DNA of 63,907 nt, filler included, from Octopus bimaculoides (GCF_001194135.2; 4 parts of 3 records of this genome joined end to end with filler, not necessarily neighbours in it), one strand, 5' to 3'; counted from the whole stretch's first letter, positions 38,598-53,041 are shown. The notes: generated by a model not told the origin, from the letters alone. Program-made: numbers and translations.

Positions 38598-38940
38598 CAA
38601 CCACCTTCGCTTGACAACCGATNNNNNNNNNNNNNNNNNNNNNNNNNNNNNNNNNNNNNNNNNNNNNNNNNNNNNNNNNNNNNNNNNNGCATTTTATTAT
38701 ATTTATCTTATGATATTTACTTTGCTTTATATTATACTCATTTATTGTGCTTTTAATTCTTAATTTTTCTATATGTGATAGTGGATTTTCATCGATGAGT
38801 TCTTGAAACGTGGTTATTTTCCCTAAAACTATATATTTTATATATATTTTATCTATAAAACTCAATTTAATTTTAATTTTTTATAAATTGATTTTAATTG
38901 AGTTTTTACCTGTAATTTTTTATTTTGTCCCTAATATTAT

Positions 38941-39009
<69 letters not shown>

Positions 39010-39011
<2 letters not shown>

Positions 39012-39190
39012 CAACCACCTTCGCTTGACAACCGATGTTGGTGTGTTTACTTAACCTAGCGGTTCGGCAAAAGAAACTGATAGAATAATAGGCTTACAAA
39101 GAATAAGTCCTGGTGTCAATTTGTTCGACTAAAGGCGGTGCTCCAGCAGGGTCGCAGTCAAATGACTGAAACAAACAAAAGAATAAAACA
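39010..39190 (+). mobile_element. SINE family A, 3' half
   Basis: Matches 53290-53470. Confidence 0.75.
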
Positions 39191-39377
39191 GAATTTTTCG
39201 AATTAAGGTGAATTCAAATATCTGATACAGGCTTCAGCCAATGAATGTACTACGTAGTGTATGCATTAAGCCTATTTATGCCATCTTAATCATATTCTTC
39301 AGATTATGATGTAATATAAAAAGAACCAATCGAAAGGACTAGTAACATTCTATAAACCATTTGCATATGGAATCACT

Positions 39378-39753
39378 TGTCGTGGCACTCCGTCGGTTAC
39401 GACGTCGAGGGTTCCAGTTGATGCGATCAACGAATAGCCTGCTCGTGAAGTTAACGTGCAAGTGGCTGAGCACTCCCCAGACACGTGTACCCTTAACGTA
39501 GTTCTCGGGGAGATTCAACGTGACACAGAGTCTGGCCCTTTGAAATACAGGTACAACAGAAACAGGAAGAAAGAGTGAGAGAAAGTTGTGGTGAAAGAGT
39601 ACAGCAAGGTTCCCGACCATCCCCTGCCAGAGCCTTGTGGAGCTTTAGGCATTTTTGCTCAATAAACACTCACAACGCCCGGTCTGGGAATCGAAACCGT
39701 GATCCTATGACCGCGAGTTCGCTGCCCTAACTACTGGGCCATTGCACCTCCAC
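39378..39753 (-). mobile_element. Full-length tRNA-derived SINE, family C, with 9-bp TSD
   Basis: Minus-strand head GTGGAGGTGCAATGGCCCAGTAG..GGTTTCGATTCCC (A and B boxes); GGAATCACT repeated at 39369-39377 and 39754-39762. Confidence 0.9.
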
Positions 39754-41131
39754 GGAATCACTATACCTTAAATTTCATTAAAGCGGACTTGATAACATAT
39801 CAAATCCATAAATAGAAGAGAGCAGGTTATGCATGAGAAAAAGAAAGTGTAAGATATTTAAATTTTTCAGTAGCGTTTACAAGCTAAATCCAGAAGAGCG
39901 TGCTCCGAATTTATTGATAACAGAAACAATTTGCATAACAAAGTTACACATTTTATTTTAACATTAAATATAACTATTTTTAAAACATTGCTACCATGGT
40001 TTCAGATATTATTATATAATTTATTGAAATTCGTTTTCACGAAATAATAGATTTTTAACAAAAAAATTTACTTTGCAATTGTCACATTCAGCAATAGCTT
40101 AATTCGCTTTTGATAACACTCTCTTAACACATTTACACATATTTAATTATGGTTTAAACGCACTGAATTTAGGTATTTGATATTTATGTTTAACATATGC
40201 AGAATTTGTTATACTCGTATAAATCAAAGAATGCAAAATGCTTTCTATTGACCGCTATATAATATAATATCAAACTTCATATTATTAAAGCAGTTAACAA
40301 TTATTTATAAAGCTTTTCACATCGACTTTCCTTACGTATCATTTATATTTTCCCGGGAAAATTAATATTCTCACTTACTCCGTAACACTCAATATTATTA
40401 TATCGAGCATTTCAATAATGAGATGCTCGAATAAACATGAACATATCGGTTCTCTAAAGGTCACAGCCACTAAAACTGCTGGCCAGTGCCTTTTATAGAC
40501 TGTATGACAATGGTATAAATTGTTTGGATTATATTTGATTTAGTAACAGAAACAATCGGACGGATATCTCAAAATTCCTAATTTAGGTTTTCTTTCAAAT
40601 ATGTAACTCACTATCTTATCATCAGAAATAATATATAAGAATACAAAACTTATGAAAACCTAACTTGAGTTTATATGAAAATATCATTAGACAAAGAACG
40701 GAATTTGCTCGGAGTTAAAAAGAAATATTTGACAGATGTTGCATTGCAATTCTTGACAATGAGACAATTTTTATTTAAGCGTTTCATTCGCCAGTGAATT
40801 TTAGTAAATGTATTATAGTTACATACTGCACAAGCGACAGATGTTCAAAAAAATCAAGAAATATCTCTTGAACATTATGCTTGGCAAATGATTGATTAGT
40901 AAACACATACACATATGTATATATGTATGTATGTATATATATATATATATATATNNNNNNNNNNNNNNNNNNNNNNNNNNNNNNNNNNNNNNNNNNNNNN
41001 NNNNNNNNNNNNNNNNNNNNNNNNNNNNNNNNNNNNNNNNNNNNNNNNNNNNNNNNNNNNNNNNNNNNNNNNNNNNNNNNNNNNNNNNNNNNNNNNNNNN
41101 NNNNNNNNNNNNNNNNNNNNNNNNNNNNNNN

Positions 41132-41167
<36 letters not shown>

Positions 41168-42046
41168 TGTATGTATGTATGTATGTGTGTATATAGATAC
41201 ACAAGTAACATGAGTACGTATGTATGCTATCACTGTATTTTCAATAGCTAGCTTTTCAAAATTGCTGATTATTTTCTCGTTGAATATATAAATGAATGTT
41301 CAGCTTCTCTGGCTTCAGAGCATTACCTTATTTGCATTTATACTCTACATAAATGCTGCACAAGGTTCAGCAGCATATATGTCCTGTATTCTCATTTAAA
41401 ATTCTATTTTTGCATTTACTTTATTTCATTGAAATATAAGAGCTGTTTAGTAAGTTCTGACTGAACAATAATTAGAGCGTTTTTTAAACGACAACGTTGG
41501 TTTATAAAACTGCACACAGTGCGTTTTGTATAAAAAATAATGATGCTAATATTGGCTTAGTTATATTTTAACAAGCCAAAGGACATATAAATAGATTTCT
41601 TCACAATCCTTATCCATGTTTTCGAAATTTATTTATTTCAATATTTGTATCAACGGAGATTAACATGAAAATATAAGAGCCTAAAAATTCATGAAAAAAT
41701 ATTATTCCCTTCCAATGTATGATTCTTTCAATATATGACAGATGCTTCATTCTTGTTGCTGAAAACGACGCAACTTTTATTTAAGTGTCATGTTCGTTCT
41801 AGAAATTGTATAAAATTATTGAAGTTAAATACATTACACGCAACAGATGTTCGAACACTAGGAAACTTATTTGGAACATTCTAATTTACTTGGTATGTGG
41901 TTGATGATATATGTCTACATTTGCGTGTCTGATGAGGGCATATTTTAGAGGCTGCTACATACATGTTGCTGAGGTGAAAAACGTTCGATTATATTGAATT
42001 TTCTATGGAGAAGGAAATAAAAGCTTATATACATTACACACACACA

Positions 42047-42098
<52 letters not shown>

Positions 42099-42232
42099 CA
42101 TACATTTATTTATCTATATATATTTATATATATGTATATATACATATATTTATTTATCCCTCTCTCTCTCTCTATTAATATATATATATACATATAATAT
42201 TTGTTTCTTTTTCTGTTATCTTCTCTCCCCCC

Positions 42233-42270
<38 letters not shown>

Positions 42271-42314
42271 CCATCTCTCACTCTATGTATATATATATAT
42301 ATAGAGAGAGAGGG

Positions 42315-42356
<42 letters not shown>

Positions 42357-42479
42357 AGAGAGCTGATAGAAAAAAAAAAAAATATTATGTAATGAACATT
42401 TGCTTGCAGCTGTTTCTGCTATAAGATGTGGTGGACTTTTATTCGAGTCCCTGAATAACATCCTATAGCTTCATCAGAG

Positions 42480-43406
42480 CCTTATCTAACATTTTTCTGG
42501 TTCCTTTTGGATATTACTCTGACTATGGAAGCTTTCATTGACCTCTATCTCAAAAACGCTCCACATGTATTAGTCCAATGGATTTGAGATCTGGGGGATT
42601 AGAAAGCCTCATGTTAAAGCGTATGTGATCATGAAAATTGTCAGCCATCCATTCCATGTGTGATAATGCAGAATCTTACTGAATCACATATAACCTTCCA
42701 TTGTATACAATGTCTATCAAGGGCTTAACAATTATTTCCAGGACCTCAATTTTAGCAGCAGAGTTAACTCTAAGGCCTTGTGGAAAGAAGTAATGAGTCA
42801 TCACATGTCCTTCATTGCTGACAAGCCCTAAAACTATGACAGTTGCAGGAAATTTTGTATGCCTAACTCTTGGAACTTCAGAAGAGTGTGCACATAACCA
42901 TCTGTCATTTGATCTTGGTCGAAGTTTATCTCGTTTGAGAAAAACCAAATCAAATCTTCTTCTGTTGGATTTTTCAGTTTGTTTAGGAGCATTTTAGATC
43001 TGATATAGAGATTTTCTTTCGCCTTTTGTGACAAATTGAAACTTTCCTCATCATATAGAACTTATATCTGATGTCTACGTGGACAACATTTCTGACTGTT
43101 CCTTCTGAAACATGAAGATATTTTGCAATTAACCTCATGGACTTTCTGGGATTGTAATCAATGGTCTGTTCAACTTGCTGGATAAATTCAGGTGTTCTGA
43201 TGCTTTCAGAGCGTTTAGAATGCTTTTTATGCTTTGGTATTGGTGATACTTTTCCATCCTCATTTTCTAGCTCCTTACAAACTTTGTAGACGAAAGATCT
43301 GGCAACTTTTGCAAATTCGAGATATTTCTAAATCACTATGCTCAGCCTTTATAACCACAATAACAGCATGCCTCTTCATTTCTTGAGTAAGCTGAGGGTC
43401 TACCAT
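42480..43406 (-). mobile_element. Degenerate Tc1/mariner-superfamily transposase, maT/DD37D-like
   Basis: MVDPQLTQEMKRHA..ARSFVYKV..IRTPEFI..WFFSNEINFDQDQ..NDRWL..TKFPATVIVLGLVSNEG..GLRVN..KP..YVIQ, with frameshifts. Confidence 0.8.
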
Positions 43407-46359
43407 TATTATTATCTGAAGCTAAGATTATACAGAGTTAGCAAAAAATGCAGCAACGATCAAAAAAATTATGTCCTCAAATGCCTTACGTACCCAGTAT
43501 ATATAGGGGACGCAGTGTCGCTTATTATGAATATCATCAACTCAGATAAAGAACATTCCACAGAAGGGAGAGCTTTGCATACCTAATACAAATATCGTAG
43601 AGCATCGCACATGCAGAATTGTGTGTCTAGTCTTTGAGAAACATGTCCATTATTTTCGTGGACTGATTTTTTCAGAAGTATCACGCCTTTACTTTATGAA
43701 GAAGTCGTTTCTCATGGTGTTATGTCAATGTATTACAATTTATCAACTCTCTGTATAACATGTGAGACTTCAGTGTATATGTCTCATGAATATGTATGGT
43801 GATGCTAATAGTGGTGATGGCGGTGACGGTGGTAGCGTCGTTGCTGTTGGTGTGGCGTCAGTGCGTCAGTGGTAGGGGTAGTGGCAGTGGGAGGGTAGTA
43901 GGAAAGTAGTGGTAGTGGGGGTAGTGCAAGTATGTGTGGGGGTAGTAGTAGTAGTAGTAGTAGTAGTAGGGGTCGTTGTCGTCGTCTTTTTTGTTGTTGT
44001 CATCGTTGTTAGTGTTGTCATGTACTTCACTGAGCCATGGAAATTTAAACAGTAATTTAGGATTGCGATTTGTTTATGTATCAAGAAACATTGCAAATAA
44101 GAAGGTATTAAAAGATTAGGCGATTCAAAATAAAGATAGGACAGTCAACAAATGATACCTGAGATCGGAATAAAATAAATATTTATTCAGACGGTTTATT
44201 TTCCTTCTGAATCTCTGAATCTGACTAATTATTTTTTGAAAGATGTGATATGTGATGCATGTTTAATGTTTATATTCAATGTATCCCTCTGTGCTTGTGT
44301 CTGGGCTGAATGTAGGTTCTAAGTAATTAAAAATACTTTACGTTGATATTTACTTAGATATTTCATTACCGAAATTGAAGTTGGTTTGATATTTAGGGAA
44401 AAAATATACAAACAAAAATACATTTGATTAGCCCCAGTGACATAGAAAGATTAAGATAATCTCATGTCGTGAAAGAGAGAATAGGTGTTTTCTGATACGT
44501 TGAAGACAAATTGCCGCTCCTAATCTTTGCGTTTTGTTAATTGATGTTTTCATTTTCTTCAATTACTTCCTCGAGTATCAGTTTTAGGTCGCAAGAAAGA
44601 ACAGGGAGACTTGAACAGCAGAAGATCTTTAAAGAACCCTCCTGTTTCTGCAAGTGTCTCGGATATTAACTTCTTACACCTTAAGGGGCGGGAACACTTG
44701 TAGGTCATGGCTCCTGGATCACCTTCTGTTGCAACATTCATTGCTACTCACCTGGATGGTTAAGGTACATAAGGGTCACACTCACAAGGGTGTTGTAACA
44801 AATCCAGTTTGAAACACCAGTTGACTCTATTTAAATATGCCCGTAAACCCTCTGGCACCGACCTATATGGCGAGGACTTTGGTTTAGAATTCAGATTCTA
44901 TAAGTTTAATGGCTAAACTGTCATATTGTTTACGCTTGTAGACGCGGGATTCATCCAGTCTTCTTTTATATGGCACAGAATTGTAATCAGAATCAATTCT
45001 TTTTTTTGAAAGTCAGGTGAATACAATATCCGGTCTTAAATCACTCTTATTGATGATGTCTGCGTGATGTTTTTTATTCTTGAAGACCTTCTATGCATAT
45101 CCATATGTAAATCTCAATTATATACACTAAAATACTCTTCATAATGAAATTTCTTGTAAAACATGAGAATGCGGCGCGATTTTGTTAGCTCTTGTCACGA
45201 TTATAAGCACGAATAAAAGGCTTATCGGAGATAATATCAGCCAACACAAATACAGAACCTCTCGAATAAAGAAAGATAATACTGTTTTCTAAAAATTTAA
45301 TGTTGACTTCTATAATATCATCTTATGTTTCATAAAGAAAAGACACACCGACGAACATAACAGCAGTGTGGAAGATGAGATAGGTGAGAGGATGATGAAT
45401 TCAAGCACAATTTGAGTCTCCTGGGTTTTATAATGGTATATGTCATAACCCTATATATACAGATCACAAAATGCAAACTGATATGGATGTTACTGGATAT
45501 TTTAATACCCAATGTTATGTATGTATGTATGTATGTATGTATGCATGAATGTATGCATGTATGTATGTATGTGTGTATAAATAGGCGTGTGTGTGTGTGC
45601 ATACATGTATTAATTTGTAAATTATATTTAACACGTTTGTATACACGTTGCCATGGAAAGATATGTCGTTTTAGGAAAATCTTTCGTCTCGGGAGACGGT
45701 GCTCCTCATTGACAATTTATGTGAAAACATCATTGAGCTATGAATTACGTCATATGAATGTAGGAAGTATGCGTTCCTACACCATCCGAATCAGGGGGTG
45801 AGAAATTTCGGTTTCTAGTTGTTAGGACAACCGTTCTCAGGGCTATGAACGACTGATTCGGTGTCGTAGCTGATGTAATGTAAGGACTCGGATACGCATG
45901 TGTCCTACTATCCGGTGAGTTTCAGCTGAGATTATTTTCGCTGCTAAAGGTTTCCAACGACACGGTGTAGACGAACGTGCTAAATATTATTGTATTCGCC
46001 AATATTTCATTCAACTCTCCTTCGTGCACATTTGATTCATATGATGGACTCTCTCGTCCAACACAACTTATGAGTTCAGCTTTTGCCGAACAATCTGCAC
46101 AAATGATTTGTTTATAGTGATTAAATTCGTGTGCTGTACATGAGCGCAAATCCTGCAACGAATCAACATTGTGTGAATATTATTGAAATTATTTACATTA
46201 CTTACATTTGACGGATATTTGTCCTCATCTTGTTTGTTGTTAACACAATGTTTCGGCTGATATAAAATCCAGCATTTACCAGGTGTCTTGCGGAAATTTC
46301 GAACCTGGGTTCTCATTCCTAAGGTATTTTTCGATGCTATTATTGTTATTTTTATTCAT

Positions 46360-46431
46360 GGCACTGCCTGGAATCGAACTCGGAATCTTAGAGTTAGTAG
46401 CCCGCGCTCTTAACTACTTCGCCATATACGC
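46360..46431 (-). mobile_element. tRNA-derived SINE head (not a functional tRNA)
   Basis: A-box TGGCGAAGTAG, B-box GAGTTCGATTCC, 7-nt loop CTACTAA; acceptor and anticodon stems degenerate. Confidence 0.7.
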
Positions 46432-46485
46432 GTGGGCATCGAAAAATACCTTAAGAATGAGAACCCAGGTTCGAAATTACCCCAA

Positions 46486-46531
46486 GACACCTGATGAAGG
46501 CTGTAGAGTATATCAGCCGAAATGTTGTGTT
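46486..46531 (+). ncRNA. Minimal type I hammerhead ribozyme
   Basis: GACAC-CTGATGA-A-GGCTG-TAGAGTATAT-CAGCC-GAAA-T-GTT-GTGTT: 5-bp stem I, 5-bp stem II, intact core, loopless stem III. Confidence 0.75.
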
Positions 46532-46768
46532 AACAACAAACAAGATTACGACAAATATCCGTTAAATGTAAATAATGTAAATAATGTACATAATTCCTCA
46601 TCTCTTAAATATAGAACTGTATTGTGTGAACAGTATACCACGAATCAGGTGTCGAAGTGATCGCACAGCAACGTGAGATAAAGAGTTTTTCTCAAGAAAA
46701 CAACGCCTGGTCTAGTAACTGAAACCACGACCTCGCTATCGCGAGTGCAACGCCCTAATCATTAGGCC

Positions 46769-46804
<36 letters not shown>

Positions 46805-46832
46805 GCTAACATTTGAAGTAGACATTTGAAGT

Positions 46833-46869
<37 letters not shown>

Positions 46870-47720
46870 CGCAAGCATTGCTATATGGTTAAGAAGTTCT
46901 TCGGGCTAACCAATGCCTTGTGAATAAAACTTGTAAACAAAAGATGAGTTGAAACTAATCAGTTGTAGATGTGTGTATATGGCTGTTTGAGCGCGCGTGT
47001 GCTTGAGTAAGCGTTTGTAATTTTCTGTGTCCATGTGGGAACGTAACTTAACCGTGAGACAAAAAGAATTCTCTACGATAAGTGCGTGACTTAGGGTTAT
47101 TAGTTACACGGATACGATCGAATAAACGATTTCAGGACGGTACTCAGTCATGGCTACATTAGATTTATATATCGGAAAATTGCATGGTTTTAGAGTTGAG
47201 TTTGATGAATTTCGTGTAATAACTACCAAGGTGTTTGTGGATACTTGTGCTAACATTTGAAGTAGAGATTAGCAAAATGAACACGTAAAAAGTAAGTCTT
47301 TGTTCTTATGTACCTACAATAGGGAATTATTAAATTAAACCAACATTAACGCCAAGAGAACAATTAGCTCATTCCGGAAATGTAGAAGCTTTTGTGAAGT
47401 GTAGTCTGTATAGGAATGAAGGAAAATACGACGAAGAGAGCGCACTTATATGCATTTTATTTATAAAAGCATAAACAGTGCAATCTATATGTATTCGTCT
47501 TACTTTTAACTACCTTTATATCTTTATATTTTGTGTATGAAGTTTGAAAGATGCAAAGAGCGCGTGATATAATGCAATTTACGTTTGGCTTCTTCTGTTA
47601 AAGACAATGCAATTACTTGACAAGATTGATTAAGGTCAAAGAATAAGATATATATATATATATTCAAATTTGTAAATGTGTGCCCTGACGTGCATGTATT
47701 TCTAAGTGTATGTGTGTGTG

Positions 47721-47790
<70 letters not shown>

Positions 47791-49217
47791 NNNNNNNNNN
47801 NNNNNNNNNNNNNNNNNNNNNNNNNNNNNNNNNNNNNNNNNNNNNNNNNNNNNNNNNNNNNNNNNNNNNNNNNNNNNNNNNNNNNNNNNNNNNNNNNNNN
47901 NNNNNNNNNNNNNNNNNNNNNNNNNNNNNNNNNNNNNNNNNNNNNNNNNNNNNNNNNNNNNNNNNNNNNNNNNNNNNNNNNNNNNNNNNNNNNNNNNNNN
48001 NNNNNNNNNNNNNNNNNNNNNNNNNNNNNNNNNNNNNNNNNNNNNNNNNNNNNNNNNNNNNNNNNNNNNNNNNNNNNNNNNNNNNNNNNNNNNNNNNNNN
48101 NNNNNNNNNNNNNNNNNNNNNNNNNNNNNNNNNNNNNNNNNNNNNNNNNNNNNNNNNNNNNNNNNNNNNNNNNNNNNNNNNNNNNNNNNNNNNNNNNNNN
48201 NNNNNNNNNNNNNNNNNNNNNNNNNNNNNNNNNNNNNNNNNNNNNNNNNNNNNNNNNNNNNNNNNNNNNNNNNNNNNNNNNNNNNNNNNNNNNNNNNNNN
48301 NNNNNNNNNNNNNNNNNNNNNNNNNNNNNNNNNNNNNNNNNNNNNNNNNNNNNNNNNNNNNNNNNNNNNNNNNNNNNNNNNNNNNNNNNNNNNNNNNNNN
48401 NNNNNNNNNNNNNNNNNNNNNNNNNNNNNNNNNNNNNNNNNNNNNNNNNNNNNNNNNNNNNNNNNNNNNNNNNNNNNNNNNNNNNNNNNNNNNNNNNNNN
48501 NNNNNNNNNNNNNNNNNNNNNNNNNNNNNNNNNNNNNNNNNNNNNNNNNNNNNNNNNNNNNNNNNNNNNNNNNNNNNNNNNNNNNNNNNNNNNNNNNNNN
48601 NNNNNNNNNNNNNNNNNNNNNNNNNNNNNNNNNNNNNNNNNNNNNNNNNNNNNNNNNNNNNNNNNNNNNNNNNNNNNNNNNNNNNNNNNNNNNNNNNNNN
48701 NNNNNNNNNATATATAAAGGCGAATACGTATATTCTATACCTTGTGGTATTTCATCATGGCCGGTATGACAGACTGTAACAGACTGTAATAGACTGGCTG
48801 GTTTTCTGTCTTTTATACCTATTCCTTTGGACAGTAGCAGTATGTGCTTGACTATTTTTAGAATTGATGCCTAGTTTATTTTTAGAAATGATGACATTTG
48901 AGAGATTTTTTGTGTTTTAGTTATAAGGATAAGATTTTTAAACCCCAAGTAAGATAAATGTAATCATTGTTTGTTAAGAGTGGGTTTGAATTTCTTAATA
49001 AAGTCCTTTTCGTTGCATTTTCTCTCAATTTCATTCCGGTTGTAAAGTTTATGGAATGGAAATCTAATAAAAGTTTGACGACCACATGTTGCCAGATGAA
49101 TTCCCTCTTGAAACAATGCTACCATAACAAACACTGACATAGAGATATAATTGTGAATGCAAGGACGTCATTACTTTTTATGATAATTATAATTCCTATT
49201 CGGTATATATATATGTA

Positions 49218-49274
<57 letters not shown>

Positions 49275-50410
49275 TATGTGTGTTTGTGTATACATGTGTG
49301 CATATATATGGATAAGGGTGTGCTCGTAAACAAAATTATTTCGTGATACCTAAAGCTTTGGTCCTTGCCACTGGATGTGTCCAGTGACAAGCGTACATAT
49401 CCAACGTAAAATACCGGAAATACTCATTTCAATCGATCACGCTCCTTTTGTTATCTGTTGAGTAGTTAATGCCATTGATGGTCAGTTGAATGAGGTTCTG
49501 TGTAACAATGCAGCTATTTTTGTTGTTGTTGTTTTGATACATAGTTGATCACATCGGTGACTCACTTATACGAACGTGCGCTCTCTTCGTCGTATTTCCC
49601 CGGAGGATCAATAATCATCAACTACTTAAATATAGAATGGAAATTAGTTATAATCCTTAGTTTATAGCTAGAATGGATTAGTCGATGACGTGGAGTTTCT
49701 CAATGGAACAGAAGTCACGCTCGCATGTGCGTCTATGCGCGTGTGTAAATGAATTTAATGCTAAACAAGCACCAAAGAACAGATGAAAATATTTTTTTAA
49801 TTTAAAATGTCCTTTTTGAAAAAAATATAATTGCTGCCATTTTTTTTTCCATTTTAAAACGTTATTTATCTAGTTTAATCCCCTCTGAAAATTACACATT
49901 GCTCCGATCAATAGAATCCCCAGATAATAAATACCTGGTAACTAAGACTCTTTCTTTTCTTGAAATATAATTCTCTTCTCATCCAACATGCATGACGTCC
50001 AAGTGTTCTGAAGAAGCGTGGAAAACCGACACATTTGGCCAGGTGATCTGAATAGATATTCTGTTACCTCAAAATAATGACACAAAATGTGAAAGACAAG
50101 ATGGTGATCTGAAACAATTAGGAATGATTAAAATACATCGACATTCTTTCCTTTTGTATTGTACTCGCCAGCTAAAATATTTTCCATTCCATACTAAACA
50201 CAATATGAGTTTTATCTTGGGGCAAATTCCAAAGTGCGTATTTTAGGTTGGCATGATTCTATCAGTGGAGGCATAGAGAGGAGTGTAATTGTCACCAGAT
50301 TGCGTGATGCAGCAGACAGGAAATAGATATCCAGGTATGATTTTAAACAAAGCAACAAAGAACGTGAAAAGGAACTAAAGATCGCTAGTTAAATACATAA
50401 ACATACATGA

Positions 50411-50451
<41 letters not shown>

Positions 50452-50987
50452 CGTGTCTGTACGTGTGTGTATTGGTGGAGAGTGTCCCTAGAATTTTTCT
50501 TAACAACCACATGGTTTTGGTTTCAGTCCCACTGTGTACCACCTCGGACAAATGCCTTCTACTGTGACCTCGAGGCGACCGAATTCTTCTGAGTGGACTT
50601 GGTAGACGGAAGAAACGCATCGTGTTCCTGTGCGTGCGTGCGCGTGCTCGTGTGTCTCTGTGCGTTTCTTTGTTTTTATGTTTATTCCCACACACCACTT
50701 GATAACGATTGTTGGGTTGTTTGCGTCCTCGTAACTAAGCAGTTCAGCAAATTAACCCGATTGAAACAGTGTCCGTCTGTTAAAAAAGAAAAACAAAAGT
50801 GCCGGAGTTGATTTGGTCGACTAAACCCCTACATTACCGTAGTTTAGTTACTGAAGCACGTAAACGATAAAAGATACGGTTACATACAAAGATATATACA
50901 TACAAGCATACGCGTGGGTGCGCAGGCGAGCTCACGTGCACAAACACACGCACACACACGCACACAACACACACACACACACACACG

Positions 50988-51029
<42 letters not shown>

Positions 51030-53041
51030 ACATATACAAAGATAATCTCTTCATTCATTTGCCCGATGAGACACACGTACGCGAACATACATACCTACAG
51101 ACAGACATGCAAGCGTACATACATACTTACACCCACACACACCCACACACACATATATATATATATGCATACACACGCTCACATATATATAGATAATATA
51201 TATATATGTAAACGTGTATATATATATGTACGCACGTATATGTTTTTGTGCGTTTGTGTGTGTGTCTATGTGTGTGCGTGCGTGCGTGTGTGTATGTTTG
51301 ACAGTATAAATTATTCAAGATATCCCACATGGGTAACTACTCTGGGAAACCATTAAATTATTTCATTTGTGAATCAGCTTATTACATTCCCTCAATGGAT
51401 TTCTTGTTAGTTAAGAAAGAACTGGATATAGCAAGATTTCTTTTTCGTTTTCATCACATTTTCTTCTCTCGAAACGATCGTTAATTCCAATGAAGAAAGC
51501 TTCCAACTGGATGACAGATCTTGTTACAAGAATTAACACCTTCTACCATCCCAGATCGATCGATATTATCGTTTCTATAGGGATCTCCATTCGCAACCAC
51601 GTGGCACGATTAGTGTTAGATTTCTATCCATTTTAGTTGGCAACTACGAAAGTGGTAAATATTCCCTTCCAACTCCGTTGTATTTTAAATATATTGATAT
51701 TACACTATCTCTACCCTTCGCATTTCAATTTCTTTCTTTATTTATTTATTTCTAAATAAGATAATGTTTCAGTCATTTCATTGAGGAGGAAAAGAGAGGA
51801 AGACAGGGAGGAAGGAATATGCTGGAGCATGGAGAACGAAATGAGGAGGAAATAATAAAGAGCAAAAGAGTAATCAATATGACATATTTTAGGAAGTAAT
51901 GGAATGTTTTGTATGGGGAACATACAACGTAAATTAGAAGACTGGAAAAAAACAATAAGCAGAGAAAACAAAAAATGAACAAAAAGATTTGTAGAGATAG
52001 CAATTGTTTGATTATTGGGTTTAATAAATGCTTGTACTTTGTGTGACAATAGCTAATAGACGAAGTTAAATTACAACTAAATATCTCACTTCTGACTGAG
52101 TGTTTCTATTGAAAGCGAAATGAATTGGATAGCAATATTTCGCTATTTTGAATTCTTTCTAATTAGGAGATGTCTGGAAAATTATTACCTTTAATTTAAG
52201 TATTTCAAGATATGGAGAACTCATAAATAGTGCATTCATATTGCTGGCTATTTTATCATTTGTTGCAAATATTTTGAAATTAAAAAGAAAATAAAACGTC
52301 TGTAATTTAATTACAAGTCGCTATAAATATCGATTTTTACACAGGTAAAATATTTTTTCAAAATACTAATAAAATTGAAATGAAAAGGCTATAAACAGAC
52401 AACTTTTCAAAAAAATAGGTTTGCAAAGAGCTTACATGTACCAAAGGCACCTCAAGAAAAGGAAACGGATATATTTTTGCTATTGTCCCTACATACAAAA
52501 GGATAGAAAATGATGGGATTAAACTGGGTATAGAGACCTTTCCCATACTTATAATTGTGGTGCACGAATAAATATATCGAAGAATTTAGCCTAACTTGTA
52601 CAATTCCATAAATTCGTGAGAATAAAATTACCGACGAATTTATGTGCGCTGCAAATTGTAACTTAGATTTGATTGCAACACTATATCTGAAAAAAAAAGG
52701 GTTTCCATATTTTAAGACAGTTAAGAGAGTTAATACTTTATTGTAATATTTTAAATTCCTATAATTGAAATTCCATTATCATGAATATCATATTACAACG
52801 CAGTTGATGTTATTTCACCTTTGCCGACAGCAGTAAATGTTTTCTTGTTGCATTTCGAATTTCATAAATATTGTTTCAATCTGCCGAGATCGATTTGCTT
52901 TACAACCTTTCGGGGGGGGGGGTCAATAAAATAAGTACCAGTCAAACACTGGAGTCGATGTAATCGACTTAATCCATTCCTTGAAATTGCTGGCCTTGTG
53001 CTAAATTTTCAAGCCAATATTATATTCTTTCATAAATAGGG

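Larger units (their letters stand above)
46178..46620. mobile_element. Composite non-autonomous element: tRNA-like head plus two inverted hammerhead-bearing arms, 10-bp TSD
   Basis: ATTGTGTGAA at 46168-46177 and 46621-46630; arms about 46188-46337 (-) and 46436-46590 (+) are inverted homologues; tRNA-like head at 46360-46431 (-). Confidence 0.85.

Noticed and set aside
38289-39032. About 335-bp direct duplication around gap 38623-38688, with a repeated ORF MSFIDKIYIK..
   Set aside because: Identical copies across a gap suggest an assembly artefact; the ORF is AT-rich with no recognisable motif (possibly decayed Penelope).
43790-44030. Thr/Val-rich ORFs (also 1960-2130 and 25150-25200)
   Set aside because: Low-complexity GTA/GGT/GTT repeats, with no splice or start support.
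46360-46431. tRNA gene with ACT anticodon
   Set aside because: Acceptor, anticodon and T stems do not pair well; it is embedded in a repeat, so it is a SINE head.
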